Source of the DNA: an uncultured archaeon
GTDB lineage: Archaea; Altiarchaeota; Altiarchaeia; JAFGQM01
Assembly: GCA_964592405.1 (NCBI GenBank)
Contig: CAZQBY010000001.1
Location: 78,737-142,736, forward strand
Length of the DNA stretch: 64,000 nucleotides
Reading direction: 5' to 3'
Shown: piece after piece, positions 9,856 through 20,652 of the stretch
How positions within the stretch are numbered: position 1 is the stretch's first letter
Layout of the letters: each line of letters starts with the position of its first letter
Program-made: the position numbers and the translations under genes
Notes under the pieces: generated by a model
Database searches by the model: none
The model's input: only the letters and a program-made list of their open reading frames with translations
Told to the model about the DNA's origin: nothing

Positions 9856-11652
9856 ATGACTGAAAAAATGGTTGAGGTAAAACCAAAACTTATAAAAAAG
9901 CCATACTGTGAGAAGGACAACATAGAACACAATCTTAAGGATTACGAGGAGGCAAGAAAGACATTCAGATGGGAAGATGTGCACAAAAATTTCTCATGGA
10001 ACGAAACAGGCAAGGTCAATATGGCCTATGAGTGTATCGATCGCCATTGCGAGAACGGCATAGCGGATAAGACTGCTTTGATATATGACAGTGATGAAGG
10101 AACCGAGAAGTACACTTATGACGATTTGAGGAGGCTCTCCAACAAGTTCGCCAACGTGCTGCGCAAATACGGCATAAAGAAGGGCGACAGAGTCTTCATC
10201 TTCATGCCGCGCTCTCCGGAGATGTATATAGCGATTCTGGGTATCCTGAAGATCGGGGCAATACCCGGCCCGCTGTTTGAGGCATTCATGGGAGAGGCTG
10301 TAAAGGACCGCATGCTTGACAGTCAGGCCGTCATGCTTATAACCACACCCGAGCTGCGCCAGCGTGTCCCTGTAAACGACCTCCCTGATCTGAAAAACAT
10401 AATCTATGTCCTTGCTGACAAGGAGTCAAAGCAGGATTACAGACATGAGGCGGATGCAGACATAAGGGACGATATAAAGCTTATCAACTACCATGCAGAG
10501 ATGGATGTCGCCTCGGAAGACGCAGAGATAGAATGGCTCGGTCTTGACGATCCTCTGATACTCCACTACACATCCGGCTCAACCGGCAAACCCAAGGGCG
10601 TCCTGCATGTCCAGAGGGCAATGGTGGGGCACTACCAGACAGGGCTTTGGGTATTGGATCTGAAGCCGGATGATGTCTATTGGTGTACTGCTGATCCGGG
10701 TTGGGTGACCGGCACGTCCTATGGAATATTTGCCCCTTTCCTGCTTGGAGTGACCAATGTTCTCAAGGGAGGGAGATTTGACGTTGATAAATGGTATAAG
10801 TGTATTCAGGAGCACAAGGTTACGGTGTGGTATAGTGCACCAACCGCCTTTAGACTTCTGATGGCAAGGGGCCAAGGCAGGGAGAAGAACTATGATCTCT
10901 CCAGTCTCAGGGCGATCTACTCAGTAGGTGAACCCCTGAACCCCGAAGTCATATGGTGGGGTCTTGATGCTTATGGTGTTCCAATCCATGACACTTGGTG
11001 GATGACCGAGACCGGTCACCAGCTGATATGCAACTACCAGTGTATGCCCATAAAACCGGGTTCAATGGGAAAGCCGATACCGGGTGTTGATGCGACCATC
11101 CTTGATGACAATGGTAAGGAGGTGGGGCCGAATGTCATAGGAAATCTTGTTATTAAGAAGGGGTGGCCAGGTATGATGCAACAGATATGGAACAATCCTG
11201 AGAAATATAAGAGTTATTTCGAGTTCGACCCGTGGTACATGAGCGGCGACAGCGCATATGTAGACGAGGATGGCTACTTCTTTTTCGAGGGCAGGATAGA
11301 CGACGTCATAAAGACCAGTGGAGAAAGGGTCGGGCCCTTCGAGGTTGAGTCTGCCCTCATCGAGCACCCTGCGGTCGCCGAGGCCGGCGTCATCGGGAAG
11401 CCAGACCCAATCAGGGGCCAGATAATCAAGGCCTTCGTCTCCCTTAATCCGGGCGTCGAGGGCACGGAAGAGCTCAAGAAGGAGATAATGGACTTCGTCA
11501 AGACGCACCTGGCCGCGCACGCGAAGCCGAGGGAAATAGAGTTCGTGGACAAGCTCCCCAAGACGCGAAGCGGGAAGATAATGAGGCGCGTCCTGAAGGC
11601 GAGGGAGCTGGGTCTGCCGACCGGCGATTTGTCGACGATAGCGGACGACTAA
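9856..11652 (+). CDS. acs: AMP-forming acetyl-CoA synthetase
   Basis: YTSGSTGKPKG, ADPGWVTG, DTWWMTETG, GRIDDVIK, PKTRSGKIMRR. Confidence 0.95.
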   Translation: MTEKMVEVKPKLIKKPYCEKDNIEHNLKDYEEARKTFRWEDVHKNFSWNETGKVNMAYECIDRHCENGIADKTALIYDSDEGTEKYTYDDLRRLSNKFANVLRKYGIKKGDRVFIFMPRSPEMYIAILGILKIGAIPGPLFEAFMGEAVKDRMLDSQAVMLITTPELRQRVPVNDLPDLKNIIYVLADKESKQDYRHEADADIRDDIKLINYHAEMDVASEDAEIEWLGLDDPLILHYTSGSTGKPKGVLHVQRAMVGHYQTGLWVLDLKPDDVYWCTADPGWVTGTSYGIFAPFLLGVTNVLKGGRFDVDKWYKCIQEHKVTVWYSAPTAFRLLMARGQGREKNYDLSSLRAIYSVGEPLNPEVIWWGLDAYGVPIHDTWWMTETGHQLICNYQCMPIKPGSMGKPIPGVDATILDDNGKEVGPNVIGNLVIKKGWPGMMQQIWNNPEKYKSYFEFDPWYMSGDSAYVDEDGYFFFEGRIDDVIKTSGERVGPFEVESALIEHPAVAEAGVIGKPDPIRGQIIKAFVSLNPGVEGTEELKKEIMDFVKTHLAAHAKPREIEFVDKLPKTRSGKIMRRVLKARELGLPTGDLSTIADD

Positions 11653-11746
11653 GTCCGCCTTTTAATTCTTTTCCTCTTTTTTCCTTGTTCTTTTTTACCT
11701 TAAGCCGGGTTAGATTCTGCAAAAAATAAAGAAAGAGCGCCACTTC

Positions 11747-12304
11747 TTACAGCGGCAGCACTCTCTTCCCGTAGACCTCATTCAGCACCTGCCCGGCGGC
11801 GGTGTAGATGGCGGAGAACCCGCACAATATGCCCTCAAAGCCCGCGATAACGGTTATCGCCGCGATGCCCGTGGCATCGCCGATTGCCAGCAGGAAGAAC
11901 AGTATGGTCAGTGTCAGGAAGACAACCTGCAAAGACCGGTTCAGCTTGAGCGTCCCCACGAACATGAACGCCGTGAACACGCCCCACATAGCCAGATAGG
12001 CGGCCATGGCGCCCTTGGAGACGGCCACCGAGAGCCCCAGCTGGGGCAGCAGCAGTATTGCCACGAGCGACAGCCAGAAGAGCCCGTAGGACAAAAAGGC
12101 CGTAGTACCAAATGTATTTCCGTTCTTGTATTCCATGACCCCGGCGAATATCTGGGCGAGGCCTCCGTAGAATATCCCCATGGCCATTATCATGCCTAGG
12201 GAGTCCATCCCAAGGAGTCCTGCATTGTGGATGTTCAGCAGGACGGTCGTCAGTCCGAAGCCCAGCAGCCCCAACGGGGCTGGATTGGCAGTTCCTTCAA
12301 CCAT
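11747..12304 (-). CDS. satP: Acetate uptake transporter (GPR1/FUN34/YaaH, SatP family)
   Basis: Signature [12 protein letters not shown], six TM helices, adjacent to acs. Confidence 0.93.
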   Translation of the reverse strand: MVEGTANPAPLGLLGFGLTTVLLNIHNAGLLGMDSLGMIMAMGIFYGGLAQIFAGVMEYKNGNTFGTTAFLSYGLFWLSLVAILLLPQLGLSVAVSKGAMAAYLAMWGVFTAFMFVGTLKLNRSLQVVFLTLTILFFLLAIGDATGIAAITVIAGFEGILCGFSAIYTAAGQVLNEVYGKRVLPL

Positions 12305-12354
12305 TTGCCGGTAATTTGGAATTCGACAAATAAATATTTTTCGGCGTTGCCCTC

Positions 12355-12837
12355 TCAGCGGCGGGGCTTCCTGCGACCGACTCTGACGCCCACTGGGCCG
12401 GCAGGCTTTGGCTTATTTCTAGCCCTCCGAGGCCTAATCGCAACAGGATCCCTTTTACTCCCTTTCTCTTGGAGTCTTTTCCTGAGGTCGTACTCTTCCA
12501 GGGCCTTCAGGGCTTTTTCAAGCCTCCTCTCAGCCTCTCGAGATCCTGTAACTATCATCGCACCCATCGTCGGAATCAGGCCGGACCCCCTTGTCCTTTT
12601 GAACTTCCTTTGTGCTTCTTCGACCTTCCATATCAGGACCGCTCTCTTCGGATCTTCACCTCTCCTCATGGAATCTTCAATAATCCTGATGCCATCCTGC
12701 ACATCCTTCAGCCTTGTTGTCATCCACTCAGGGGCTTTCTGCCCGTCTTCACGACCTCCATGGGATTTAATAGCATTTCTAAGTTCTTCTGCCTCTCTTC
12801 TTAATCCTATCAGGACATCCTTGGGTCTCTCTTTCAT
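12355..12837 (-). CDS. Basic helical hypothetical protein
   Basis: 160 aa, Arg/Lys-rich, ends RVGRRKPRR. Confidence 0.7.
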   Translation of the reverse strand: MKERPKDVLIGLRREAEELRNAIKSHGGREDGQKAPEWMTTRLKDVQDGIRIIEDSMRRGEDPKRAVLIWKVEEAQRKFKRTRGSGLIPTMGAMIVTGSREAERRLEKALKALEEYDLRKRLQEKGSKRDPVAIRPRRARNKPKPAGPVGVRVGRRKPRR

Positions 12838-12844
12838 TTTCGGG

Positions 12845-12962
12845 TTTGTTGTTATTTGTTGTTATTGTGTTATCCGCGTTTATAGTATTTTGTACTGTGT
12901 TTATAGTATTTAGTATTTTTATAGTATTAAATAGTGCCAATAAAATAGTGCCAATAGTGCCC
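12845..12962. repeat. Cluster of short imperfect tandem repeats in a divergent intergenic region
   Basis: TTTGTTGTTAT x2, TTTATAGTATT x3, ATAGTGCC x3. Confidence 0.7.
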
Positions 12963-13028
12963 TTAGCGCCTTTCTTGGACCATTTCCTTTTGGGACTTTT
13001 AATATATCCTTACATAAGAAAAAAGAAC

Positions 13029-13916
13029 ATGCTTGAGTCAATAATCTCTCCCGGGACCGCAGAGAGAAAACCTTGGGACATGACAATCCTGGGTTTTGTC
13101 ATAGCGAGTGTAGCGGTCTGGTTGGGTTATTATCTGGCAGGTTACATGCTGGTACCGGCCTCTATGGTGGTCCTCGCTGTGGCAATCATTGCCCTGGCAC
13201 CGCTGATGCACCGGGTTATTGTCATAGAGGAATGGGAGGAGGAAGCCTGTTGCCATGGCTCTCTAACCGGTTTCATAACGCGGCACATAGATGTTATAGG
13301 CATGTATTCATTTCTGTTTGTTGGCCTCTTGGCGGCTTTTTCCTTCTGGTATGTGGTTCTCCCTTATGAGGCCGATGGCATGCCGTCCGGCAGTACAGTC
13401 TTCGGAGTTCAGGAGTCGGCCATCACCGGCCTGCAGCAGCATATAACCGGCAGGGCACTGGAAGCTGCGAAGAGCGGGATGCCTGAGGACCCGGCCACAG
13501 TCAGTAACAGGTTTACTCTTCTGTATGAAAACAATATGCGGATAATGCTGTTCTGTTTTCTGGCATCCTTCCTCTTTGGTGCAGGGGCTATATGGCTAAT
13601 AGCCTGGAATGCCTCCACCATAGGTGTTTTCATAGGCAGTCTAATAAGAACCGAACTGTTCCCGGTTTCACCGGTGTATGCCTACCTCATAGGCTTTCCC
13701 TACTACTCGCTGAGTATTGCCCTTTGGGCCATACCGGAGATTCTTGCCTATCTGGTCGCAGGCATAGCTGGTGGCATAGTCTCTGTTGCTGTAGCCCGCC
13801 ACCATTTCAGGAGTGAGCGCTTTTGGCTGACAGTCTTCGACGGCATGCTTTTTATGATAATAGCAGCCCTGCTGGTCTTTCTGGGCGCATACATTGAGCA
13901 CTTTTTTGTCATTTGA
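13029..13916 (+). CDS. SpoIIM/DUF95-like membrane protein
   Basis: Multi-TM; ENNMRI...WNAS...PEILAY...GAYIE pattern; start moved to ATG 13029. Confidence 0.75.
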   Translation: MLESIISPGTAERKPWDMTILGFVIASVAVWLGYYLAGYMLVPASMVVLAVAIIALAPLMHRVIVIEEWEEEACCHGSLTGFITRHIDVIGMYSFLFVGLLAAFSFWYVVLPYEADGMPSGSTVFGVQESAITGLQQHITGRALEAAKSGMPEDPATVSNRFTLLYENNMRIMLFCFLASFLFGAGAIWLIAWNASTIGVFIGSLIRTELFPVSPVYAYLIGFPYYSLSIALWAIPEILAYLVAGIAGGIVSVAVARHHFRSERFWLTVFDGMLFMIIAALLVFLGAYIEHFFVI

Positions 13917-13945
13917 TCCGGTAGATAAATGAATGCAGTAAGTAA

Positions 13946-14515
13946 ATGACCAGAATACTGATCGTAGATAACGGGGGACAGTACGTCCACCGCATCTGGC
14001 GCAGCCTGCGCGAGATAGGCATGGACTCCAAGATGGTAAAGCCTGTCCGGGTTCATGAGAAGCTGGTATCCGAAAAACCCGCCGGTATCATACTAAGCGG
14101 CGGCCCCACATCCGTTTATGATGATGATTTGGGTCTTTCCAGAGAGCTGCTTGAGCGGGACTTGCCCGTGCTTGGCATATGCTGGGGACACCAGTTCATA
14201 GCACATGCTATGGGGGGCAGGGTAAAGTACGGGGACAGGGGTGAGTACGGCTACAGTATGATAGTTGTGGATGATGAGGATATTATACTACGGGGGATGC
14301 CCAAGAGCTTTCAGGCGTGGGTGTCCCACCGTGATGAGGTTGTAGAGCTTCCACCGGGTTTTGTAGCACTTGCACATTCTGAGACCTGTAGAATCGAGGC
14401 CATGCGCCACAAAAATAGGCCGATCTTCGGAGTCCAGTTCCATCCGGAGGTTTTCCATACCCACGGCGGCAAAACCATACTGAAAAACTTTGTGGAGGTG
14501 TGCAAAAACAGGTAG
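13946..14515 (+). CDS. guaAA: GMP synthase glutamine amidotransferase subunit A
   Basis: DNGGQY, LSGGP, LGICWGHQ (catalytic Cys), QFHPE. Confidence 0.93.
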   Translation: MTRILIVDNGGQYVHRIWRSLREIGMDSKMVKPVRVHEKLVSEKPAGIILSGGPTSVYDDDLGLSRELLERDLPVLGICWGHQFIAHAMGGRVKYGDRGEYGYSMIVVDDEDIILRGMPKSFQAWVSHRDEVVELPPGFVALAHSETCRIEAMRHKNRPIFGVQFHPEVFHTHGGKTILKNFVEVCKNR

Positions 14516-14627
14516 CATCCCCCGGGCAAATCACATGCGCCGAAGGCTGCACCACGGGTAAAGGAATTATCCTCCCTTTTTCATAACCAAGACAGTAAAT
14601 TAAACAACCCAAAATCTCGAGAGGTGT

Positions 14628-15065
14628 ATGATGGCCGACGAGAACGAAGAACTGATGGACCTTCTGGAAAAGCTGAAGGCAATGAAATCCCCGGGAGAGG
14701 GCGGGGACATGAAGGTCACACTTCCGGAAAAAACAGAAGAGAAACAGACAAAAGAGAAACAGACAAAAGAGGAAAAAACAGAAAAGACCGCAGGTGAAGA
14801 GAAGAAGGCCAGAGAAGAAAGTCCGGCGGTCATCACAAGGTCCATTCTGGAAAAGATTGAAGAGGTGGAGAAAGACATACGCTCAAAGGAAAATCAAATA
14901 AACATAGATCTGGAGAAGCTTGAGTCGCTTGTCGAGGATCTGGAGGAAAGGGAGAAGGAGCTCCTCAGGAGGGAAAAACGCGTCGCTGCCAAGGATAAAC
15001 AGGTCACAAAGGAGCTTGAGGATATGAGGAGGATAAAAGAAGAACTTCAGAAGATACTCAAATAG
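14628..15065 (+). CDS. Coiled-coil hypothetical protein
   Basis: Glu/Lys-rich heptads; internal EKQTKEKQTK duplication. Confidence 0.75.
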   Translation: MMADENEELMDLLEKLKAMKSPGEGGDMKVTLPEKTEEKQTKEKQTKEEKTEKTAGEEKKAREESPAVITRSILEKIEEVEKDIRSKENQINIDLEKLESLVEDLEEREKELLRREKRVAAKDKQVTKELEDMRRIKEELQKILK

Positions 15066-15220
15066 CTGCCTGGCCGGCCGAATCGGCATTTTTATAGGCC
15101 AATCATCTAGAATATACGCCAGCCGGAGAGGTATCACCTGATAACATGTCCCTGAACATATCTCTCAAACAAAAAACAAAAAATAAACAAAAACCATAAC
15201 CCAAAAAAGGGTCGGGAAAC

Positions 15221-15240
15221 GAAACCTTTTTATAGGTTGT
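15221..15240 (+). promoter_or_regulatory. BRE/TATA promoter of the S-layer-type gene
   Basis: GAAACCTTTTTATAGG; similar TTTTTATA boxes precede the major pilin and nrdR. Confidence 0.55.
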
Positions 15241-15449
15241 GGGTTTAACATACACAAAAATCTAAGAGAATCCAAGAGAAGCGAAGTTTCAGGAGCAGGG
15301 TTTAGTCTCAGTTTTGTGACTATCCCAGACGGAGTCGCAAAACACAAAACATAACGAAAACCAAAACAAAAAAATAACAAAACAAAGAAAAAATCATGTT
15401 TTTAACGGCGATTTGCCGTGTTATCTACATAAAACAATTTGGTGAAAAA

Positions 15450-18400
15450 ATGAAGACCACAACAATTGGAAGGATCGGTGCTATTGTGACCGGTGCTGCA
15501 ATGTTGGGTACTGCTATTGCCAGCGCTCTTGCGGGAGCGCAGGTAACCGTTCCGAATAATCTGGATAGCGGCTTCTTCCTCGACCAGAACATGAACCCCA
15601 ACGTTCAGGTTGTGGTCGGTGAGAAGGCTCAGGCCTCGGACGGTGCAGTGGCAGGACAAATTGCAGCCATAATTGGCAACATGGCATTTAAGACTACCAC
15701 GACCACTGCAAGTGGTGGAACCGTGGATGTCGAGGGTGGCACGACAACGTGCACGCCATCTTCAGCCGAGTGTCAGGCTGGTGAAGCTGAAGGCCAGGTG
15801 ACACTTAGCTGGGAGGCCGTAGGAATGGTAGGTGAGTTGCAGCAGAAGCAGATGGACTGTGACATCTACGAGAATTCGGACGGTCTGTTAATGACCGACC
15901 TGGACGACGGAGGTGACAGTGGCTCCTTCTGTGATTCTGACAAGACCTCTTCGGAGGTGTACGGACCAGAGGATACAGTGGGAACCACGCTGGTAGGCGC
16001 CTGTGAGACTGGTGCCGGAGCTGATGTAACACTCCTGAAGTCAGGGGAGTTTGCAAATGAGATATGCACAGTCTGTTACAACTACTGTGACATAGCCCTT
16101 GGATGTGAGCCCCACCTCATGTCTGAGTGGGTGAACATAACCTGCGGCTACATGTCACTAGGATACGACTGCGACAACGAGGCACTTGTGCTTGTTGTGG
16201 AAGACAATGCCATCAAGTACAATGTCTTCATGGACGATGTGCTGACCAAGGACGTCCTTGACGAGGACGGCGACCTGATAGGCCAGTCATACCTCGGGAA
16301 GATGATCTTGGGCCAGAACGAGTACTATGTTGAAGACATCACCGATGATTCGATAACCATAGTCTGCGGTGACACTGGTACAGCGACGACTTCGACCCCG
16401 ATGGTCTACACACCTCCGGCTGAAGGAAGCGCCTGTGACGCTGCTGACAGCGGACAGGAATACTCCATAAAACTGGTCGGTGCGCAGACAATCGAGGAGA
16501 AGGGTGTTGTTGACGTAACCCTTGAGGTAACGAAGCCTGATGGAACCACCGAACAGGTGACCTCCGGAATCTCCGGAACACCGGTCGTTGGTGACATCAA
16601 GGTAAAGCTCCAGAAGGGAACAGCAGCATCCAATGTGATAACAGGTGAACAGTCCTTCTCGGCTGACCTGCTGGTCTGGTACGTCCCCTCCGAGTATACG
16701 TTTGAGGACGATGAGCGCTACACGGCAGAGGGCGTAGAGGACAGCGACGGAATCTGGGAACTGGACTTCAACGGCGGAGAAACCCTGTACGTCACTGATG
16801 TCGAGGATCTGGAGGACGACGAGGAGCTTGTCAGCGGTGTGCCACTGCCGGACGACATAGAGGAGAACGACCAGTGGGATGACTGCTACGACGAGGTGGA
16901 CGAGGACGACGAGGAAACCGAAATCGTCAGGTACCTGGAGTTCTCTCTGCAGAGGGAGGACGACACAGAGCTGCCGGAGGGCGAGATGATACAGCTGCCG
17001 TTCAACGACGGTTTGTATCTACTGAGCGACCTGCAGTTCGGCTACATGGGCCTGATGAACGAGGACTTCCTGCCGGACGACCTTGTGGACACCACGACCA
17101 TCAACATCGATGTGAGCGACATCAAGGTCCGCAACAACACTGATGAGGACGAGGCGCTCTACAGGGAGGTGACAGTCGATTTCGTCGACCAGTGGGGCGA
17201 CATGATGGACGACGTCAGGATAGATGAAGGTCCATACCAGGAGGGCGATCTATTCTTCGACTGCAACACCGTCTACCGTGTGGACTCCATCGAGTATTCG
17301 GAAGATCGGGACGAGGTAGTAGTCGAATACTCCGCCAAGGAGGGCGCCGAGTGGACCGAGTACGAGAAGGAGAGCGACGCCGATGCCGGAGAAGCGTGTA
17401 ACATCTCGACAGCCAACGCAGAAGGGACCTATGAGAACGTGACCGTCAACTCACAGGTGCAGGATGAGACAGTCAACTTCACGGAGGGCTGGCACACCAC
17501 CTCATGTGGCTCGTCCACCAGTGACTGGATCGTCAGGAACCTAAGTGAGACCAACGAGAACGAGTGGGAGCTGTGGGTCGACAGGGACGCTGACCAGGAC
17601 ATGGAGCTCGCGAACACATGTGGCGACTCCTGCTGTGCTTCTTCAGGCGGCAGGGTCAGCACAGAGTTCAAGAACGATGTCTGGTTCTGCGCCTATGGCG
17701 ACACCATAATCCTCGACGGTGCTACCGACACGGGCGGCGAGGATGAGGTTGAGATAAACCTGGCCGACACCACGTCGATAACCCTCAACGAGGAGGGTTG
17801 CAGCGCCTGCTCGTACGACGACGGCGACTGTGAGGACTTCGGAAATGAGGAAGATGGCTCACTAATCTCACTGAGCGGTGCGCAGATAACCACCGACACC
17901 TCGGAGATTGAGGAGCCAGAGGACTCCGGTGAGGACACAGATGTTCTATCCCAGGTAACCCTGGTAGTACCGGAGGATGAGCTAAGGCCGACCATCTTCT
18001 TCGGTGTCCAGAGCACACTGAACACGTCCTCCATAACCATAACGGAGGCTGATGAGGGTTCAGTGGTCAACATCGGTGGAGTCGATGTGACAGTAGAGGA
18101 CTTCGGCGTTTCAGTCACCGGAGGCGGACTGGTCGTCGGTGAAGAGGTGGAGGTGAGCTGTCCAGGACAGACAGTAACCTGCCCCGACGTCACCGTGGAG
18201 ACCAAGGCCCCGGCTGATCTGAAATACAAGCTGGTTGTAGTTGAGGGCTCACAGACAGCTACCAACCTGGTGCTGATCGGTGGTCCGTCAGTCAACAGCT
18301 TGACGAAGGGCATCGTGTCAGTCGATGAGCTCTGTCCGAACAACGAGGTCATAAAGCTGAGCGGCAGCAAGCTGGTTGTAGCCGGTTGTGAGGCTGCTGA

Positions 18401-18455
18401 CACAGCATCTGCTGCAGAAGCCCTACAGACCTGGTTGAAGGAGAAGCTCGCATAA
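15450..18455 (+). CDS. S-layer-family surface protein, very acidic and Cys-rich
   Basis: GGTGA RBS; signal peptide; N-terminal VVVGEKAQASD and C-terminal NLVLIGGPSVNSLT motifs typical of Methanococcales/Thermococcales-type S-layer proteins. Confidence 0.85.
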   Translation: MKTTTIGRIGAIVTGAAMLGTAIASALAGAQVTVPNNLDSGFFLDQNMNPNVQVVVGEKAQASDGAVAGQIAAIIGNMAFKTTTTTASGGTVDVEGGTTTCTPSSAECQAGEAEGQVTLSWEAVGMVGELQQKQMDCDIYENSDGLLMTDLDDGGDSGSFCDSDKTSSEVYGPEDTVGTTLVGACETGAGADVTLLKSGEFANEICTVCYNYCDIALGCEPHLMSEWVNITCGYMSLGYDCDNEALVLVVEDNAIKYNVFMDDVLTKDVLDEDGDLIGQSYLGKMILGQNEYYVEDITDDSITIVCGDTGTATTSTPMVYTPPAEGSACDAADSGQEYSIKLVGAQTIEEKGVVDVTLEVTKPDGTTEQVTSGISGTPVVGDIKVKLQKGTAASNVITGEQSFSADLLVWYVPSEYTFEDDERYTAEGVEDSDGIWELDFNGGETLYVTDVEDLEDDEELVSGVPLPDDIEENDQWDDCYDEVDEDDEETEIVRYLEFSLQREDDTELPEGEMIQLPFNDGLYLLSDLQFGYMGLMNEDFLPDDLVDTTTINIDVSDIKVRNNTDEDEALYREVTVDFVDQWGDMMDDVRIDEGPYQEGDLFFDCNTVYRVDSIEYSEDRDEVVVEYSAKEGAEWTEYEKESDADAGEACNISTANAEGTYENVTVNSQVQDETVNFTEGWHTTSCGSSTSDWIVRNLSETNENEWELWVDRDADQDMELANTCGDSCCASSGGRVSTEFKNDVWFCAYGDTIILDGATDTGGEDEVEINLADTTSITLNEEGCSACSYDDGDCEDFGNEEDGSLISLSGAQITTDTSEIEEPEDSGEDTDVLSQVTLVVPEDELRPTIFFGVQSTLNTSSITITEADEGSVVNIGGVDVTVEDFGVSVTGGGLVVGEEVEVSCPGQTVTCPDVTVETKAPADLKYKLVVVEGSQTATNLVLIGGPSVNSLTKGIVSVDELCPNNEVIKLSGSKLVVAGCEAADTASAAEALQTWLKEKLA

Positions 18456-18464
18456 GCCAGTATT

Positions 18465-18510
18465 CCCCCCTAAAGGGGGGCCTTTTTCCTTTTTATTTTT
18501 CTTTTTCCAA
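18465..18510 (+). terminator. Hairpin plus T-tract terminator
   Basis: CCCCCC-TAAA-GGGGGG followed by CCTTTTTCCTTTTT. Confidence 0.75.
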
Positions 18511-18562
18511 TTCCTTTTTCTAATTCCTGCTTCTAATATCCTGTCTGTTTAGCGTTAGCAGT

Positions 18563-19522
18563 ATGGTAAGGGCGAAGAAGAGGGAACCTGATTTGGACAT
18601 CCCTGAGGGATGGGAGATCCACGAGGAACCTGTGGAGGAGGAAAAAAAGAGCGGTTTTCAGATGAACAACAACCTGCTCTGGGCACTGTTTATAGTTCTA
18701 GTTATAGCCTTTACCCTGTTTTTCATGTCAAAAAATCTGCAACCAAAGGAGATGCAGACCATCTATATCAACGGCATAGAAATACAGGCCCCTTATGATC
18801 CGGAAGCCGCCGTCAGGGACCTTGTCAACATGCACATTGAGGGAAAACGCCTGGACGATCTGGAGGATTCCAAGAACGCCCTGAATGAGATATCCGTCAT
18901 CATTGGTCAGTCCAGCCATTCTGCAGCCTCTCCGAGGAGTTACACACTCTATGCCGGTCTGGGGGACAGGACCGGGATATTCATAGATGATGGCATCATA
19001 AGGATAGAGGGAACTACAAGGAGCGAATTCTGGAAGGCCGTCTGGACTTTCAATTCCATAATCTCCGGACTTCAAATAAAATCTGATGTGGATATATTCG
19101 ATGTTCCGAGACTCTTGGAAGGCAGGAGAGAGGTTTATCTTGTGCAGAATATGGAGAACACCTGTCCAAACTACGGCCATATAATAAGCGCTGAAGGCGA
19201 CATACTCTCCTCACTGGGTTTTAAACAGGCTGAGCTGGGATTCGAGCTCAATCATTATCGCATGGAAGGTGATGTCTGCGCGCCCTTTGCCAATGAGACC
19301 TTTGTTGGGGAGTGCCCTCAGCCCAGTGATGATGTTTTTGTGATAAAAATGATGCGGGGCAGGTCCGACCTTCTAAATATAACAAGTAACGAGATAGTTT
19401 TCCAGTATTCCGACTGTAATACTGTTGACAGAATTTCTATAATACTGGGGGATATTATATATCCAAACATAGCTTCTTCCATAGCATCTGTTGGACTCTC
19501 TCCCGAACTTGAAGTCCTATAA
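18563..19522 (+). CDS. Membrane-anchored hypothetical protein
   Basis: Single TM near the N-terminus, followed by a soluble domain with 4 Cys. Confidence 0.75.
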   Translation: MVRAKKREPDLDIPEGWEIHEEPVEEEKKSGFQMNNNLLWALFIVLVIAFTLFFMSKNLQPKEMQTIYINGIEIQAPYDPEAAVRDLVNMHIEGKRLDDLEDSKNALNEISVIIGQSSHSAASPRSYTLYAGLGDRTGIFIDDGIIRIEGTTRSEFWKAVWTFNSIISGLQIKSDVDIFDVPRLLEGRREVYLVQNMENTCPNYGHIISAEGDILSSLGFKQAELGFELNHYRMEGDVCAPFANETFVGECPQPSDDVFVIKMMRGRSDLLNITSNEIVFQYSDCNTVDRISIILGDIIYPNIASSIASVGLSPELEVL

Positions 19523-19535
19523 AAGGCCTATAAAA

Positions 19536-20606
19536 ATGAAGAACAGTCTTGTAGATAGAAGAATCGTGGATTCTCTTTATAGGGATGGTGCCATCTACTC
19601 CTCCTTTGGAGCATACTGGAGAAGAAAGTATGGCTACAAGGTTTTTAAGGTTCCTCTCAATGCCCAGTTTACCTGCCCGAACTGGGATGGCAGGATAAGT
19701 GACGAGGGATGCATATTCTGCCCCTCATTCGCCCGTCAGTTCACCTATGAGAGTTTCAGGAATGTCATGGACAAGGATATTAAAGAGCAGGTCAGACACC
19801 AGGTCAGGCATTACAAGGAGATGGGAGCTGGCGACAAGGCGCTTGTTTACATAGCATTTGGGACAAACACATACAAGCCAGTAGGGGAGCTCAGGAAGCT
19901 GTTTGATGCCTCTTTGAAACACAAGGATGTTGTCGGATTATCTATAGGAACACGTCCTGACTGCCTTCCGGATGAGGTTTTTGACCTTTTGGGCGGCTAT
20001 GTCAAAAAGGGAAAACATATATGGCTGGAGATAGGAACGCAGTCCGTTCATTATCATACCCTTGAGCGTATACAGCGGCGCCACGGCTTTGCAGAGAGCA
20101 TACGCGCAGTTCAGGAGGCGCATAGGAGGGGCATATCTGTCATATTCTTTCTGATACAGGGTCTGCCCTATGAAACCCCCGCCGAGACTGTGGAGACTGC
20201 ACGTATAGTCTCTGCCTTGGGAGTAGATGCAGTCAAACTCTACCCTCTTATTGTCATGAGGAGAACCATACTTGAAAAACAATTTAAGAGTGGCAACTAT
20301 CGCCCATTGGGAATGAGCGAATATGTTGGTCTGACGGCAGATTTTCTTGAAAACCTCAGCCGGTACGTGCTTGTCCAGAGACTCTCCAAGGACTGTGGCC
20401 TAGAAAGCAAGCTTGCTCCGGACTGGAACACCTACCGGCTGATTATTGGTTCTCGTGTGGAGAAGGAACTCAAAGGAAGGGGTACCAGACAGGGAGACAA
20501 ATTCAGCCTTACGCTCTCTGCAGATGAACTGGTTCCACTGAAGCCCAGTGAGACGAGGATAATACGCAGAAAAAAACAGGAGAACAAGAGGCCTGTGGTT
20601 CTTTAG
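19536..20606 (+). CDS. Radical SAM protein, YhcC/TIGR01212-like
   Basis: FTCPNWDG....GCIFC, TNTY, IGTRPDC; start moved to ATG 19536. Confidence 0.9.
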   Translation: MKNSLVDRRIVDSLYRDGAIYSSFGAYWRRKYGYKVFKVPLNAQFTCPNWDGRISDEGCIFCPSFARQFTYESFRNVMDKDIKEQVRHQVRHYKEMGAGDKALVYIAFGTNTYKPVGELRKLFDASLKHKDVVGLSIGTRPDCLPDEVFDLLGGYVKKGKHIWLEIGTQSVHYHTLERIQRRHGFAESIRAVQEAHRRGISVIFFLIQGLPYETPAETVETARIVSALGVDAVKLYPLIVMRRTILEKQFKSGNYRPLGMSEYVGLTADFLENLSRYVLVQRLSKDCGLESKLAPDWNTYRLIIGSRVEKELKGRGTRQGDKFSLTLSADELVPLKPSETRIIRRKKQENKRPVVL

Positions 20607-20652
20607 CAACCAGTAGCTGGCAGGTTGGTTCACCATATACCTATCCCACTAT

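Noticed and set aside
12845-12962. CRISPR array or replication origin
   Set aside because: Repeats are 8-11 bp without unique spacers; no cas genes, cdc6 or ORB motifs.
12227-18403. Long antisense ORFs such as 12227..12913 (+) and 17693..18403 (-), and similar ones elsewhere
   Set aside because: Shadow frames of better-supported genes, with Ser/Phe-rich antisense composition.
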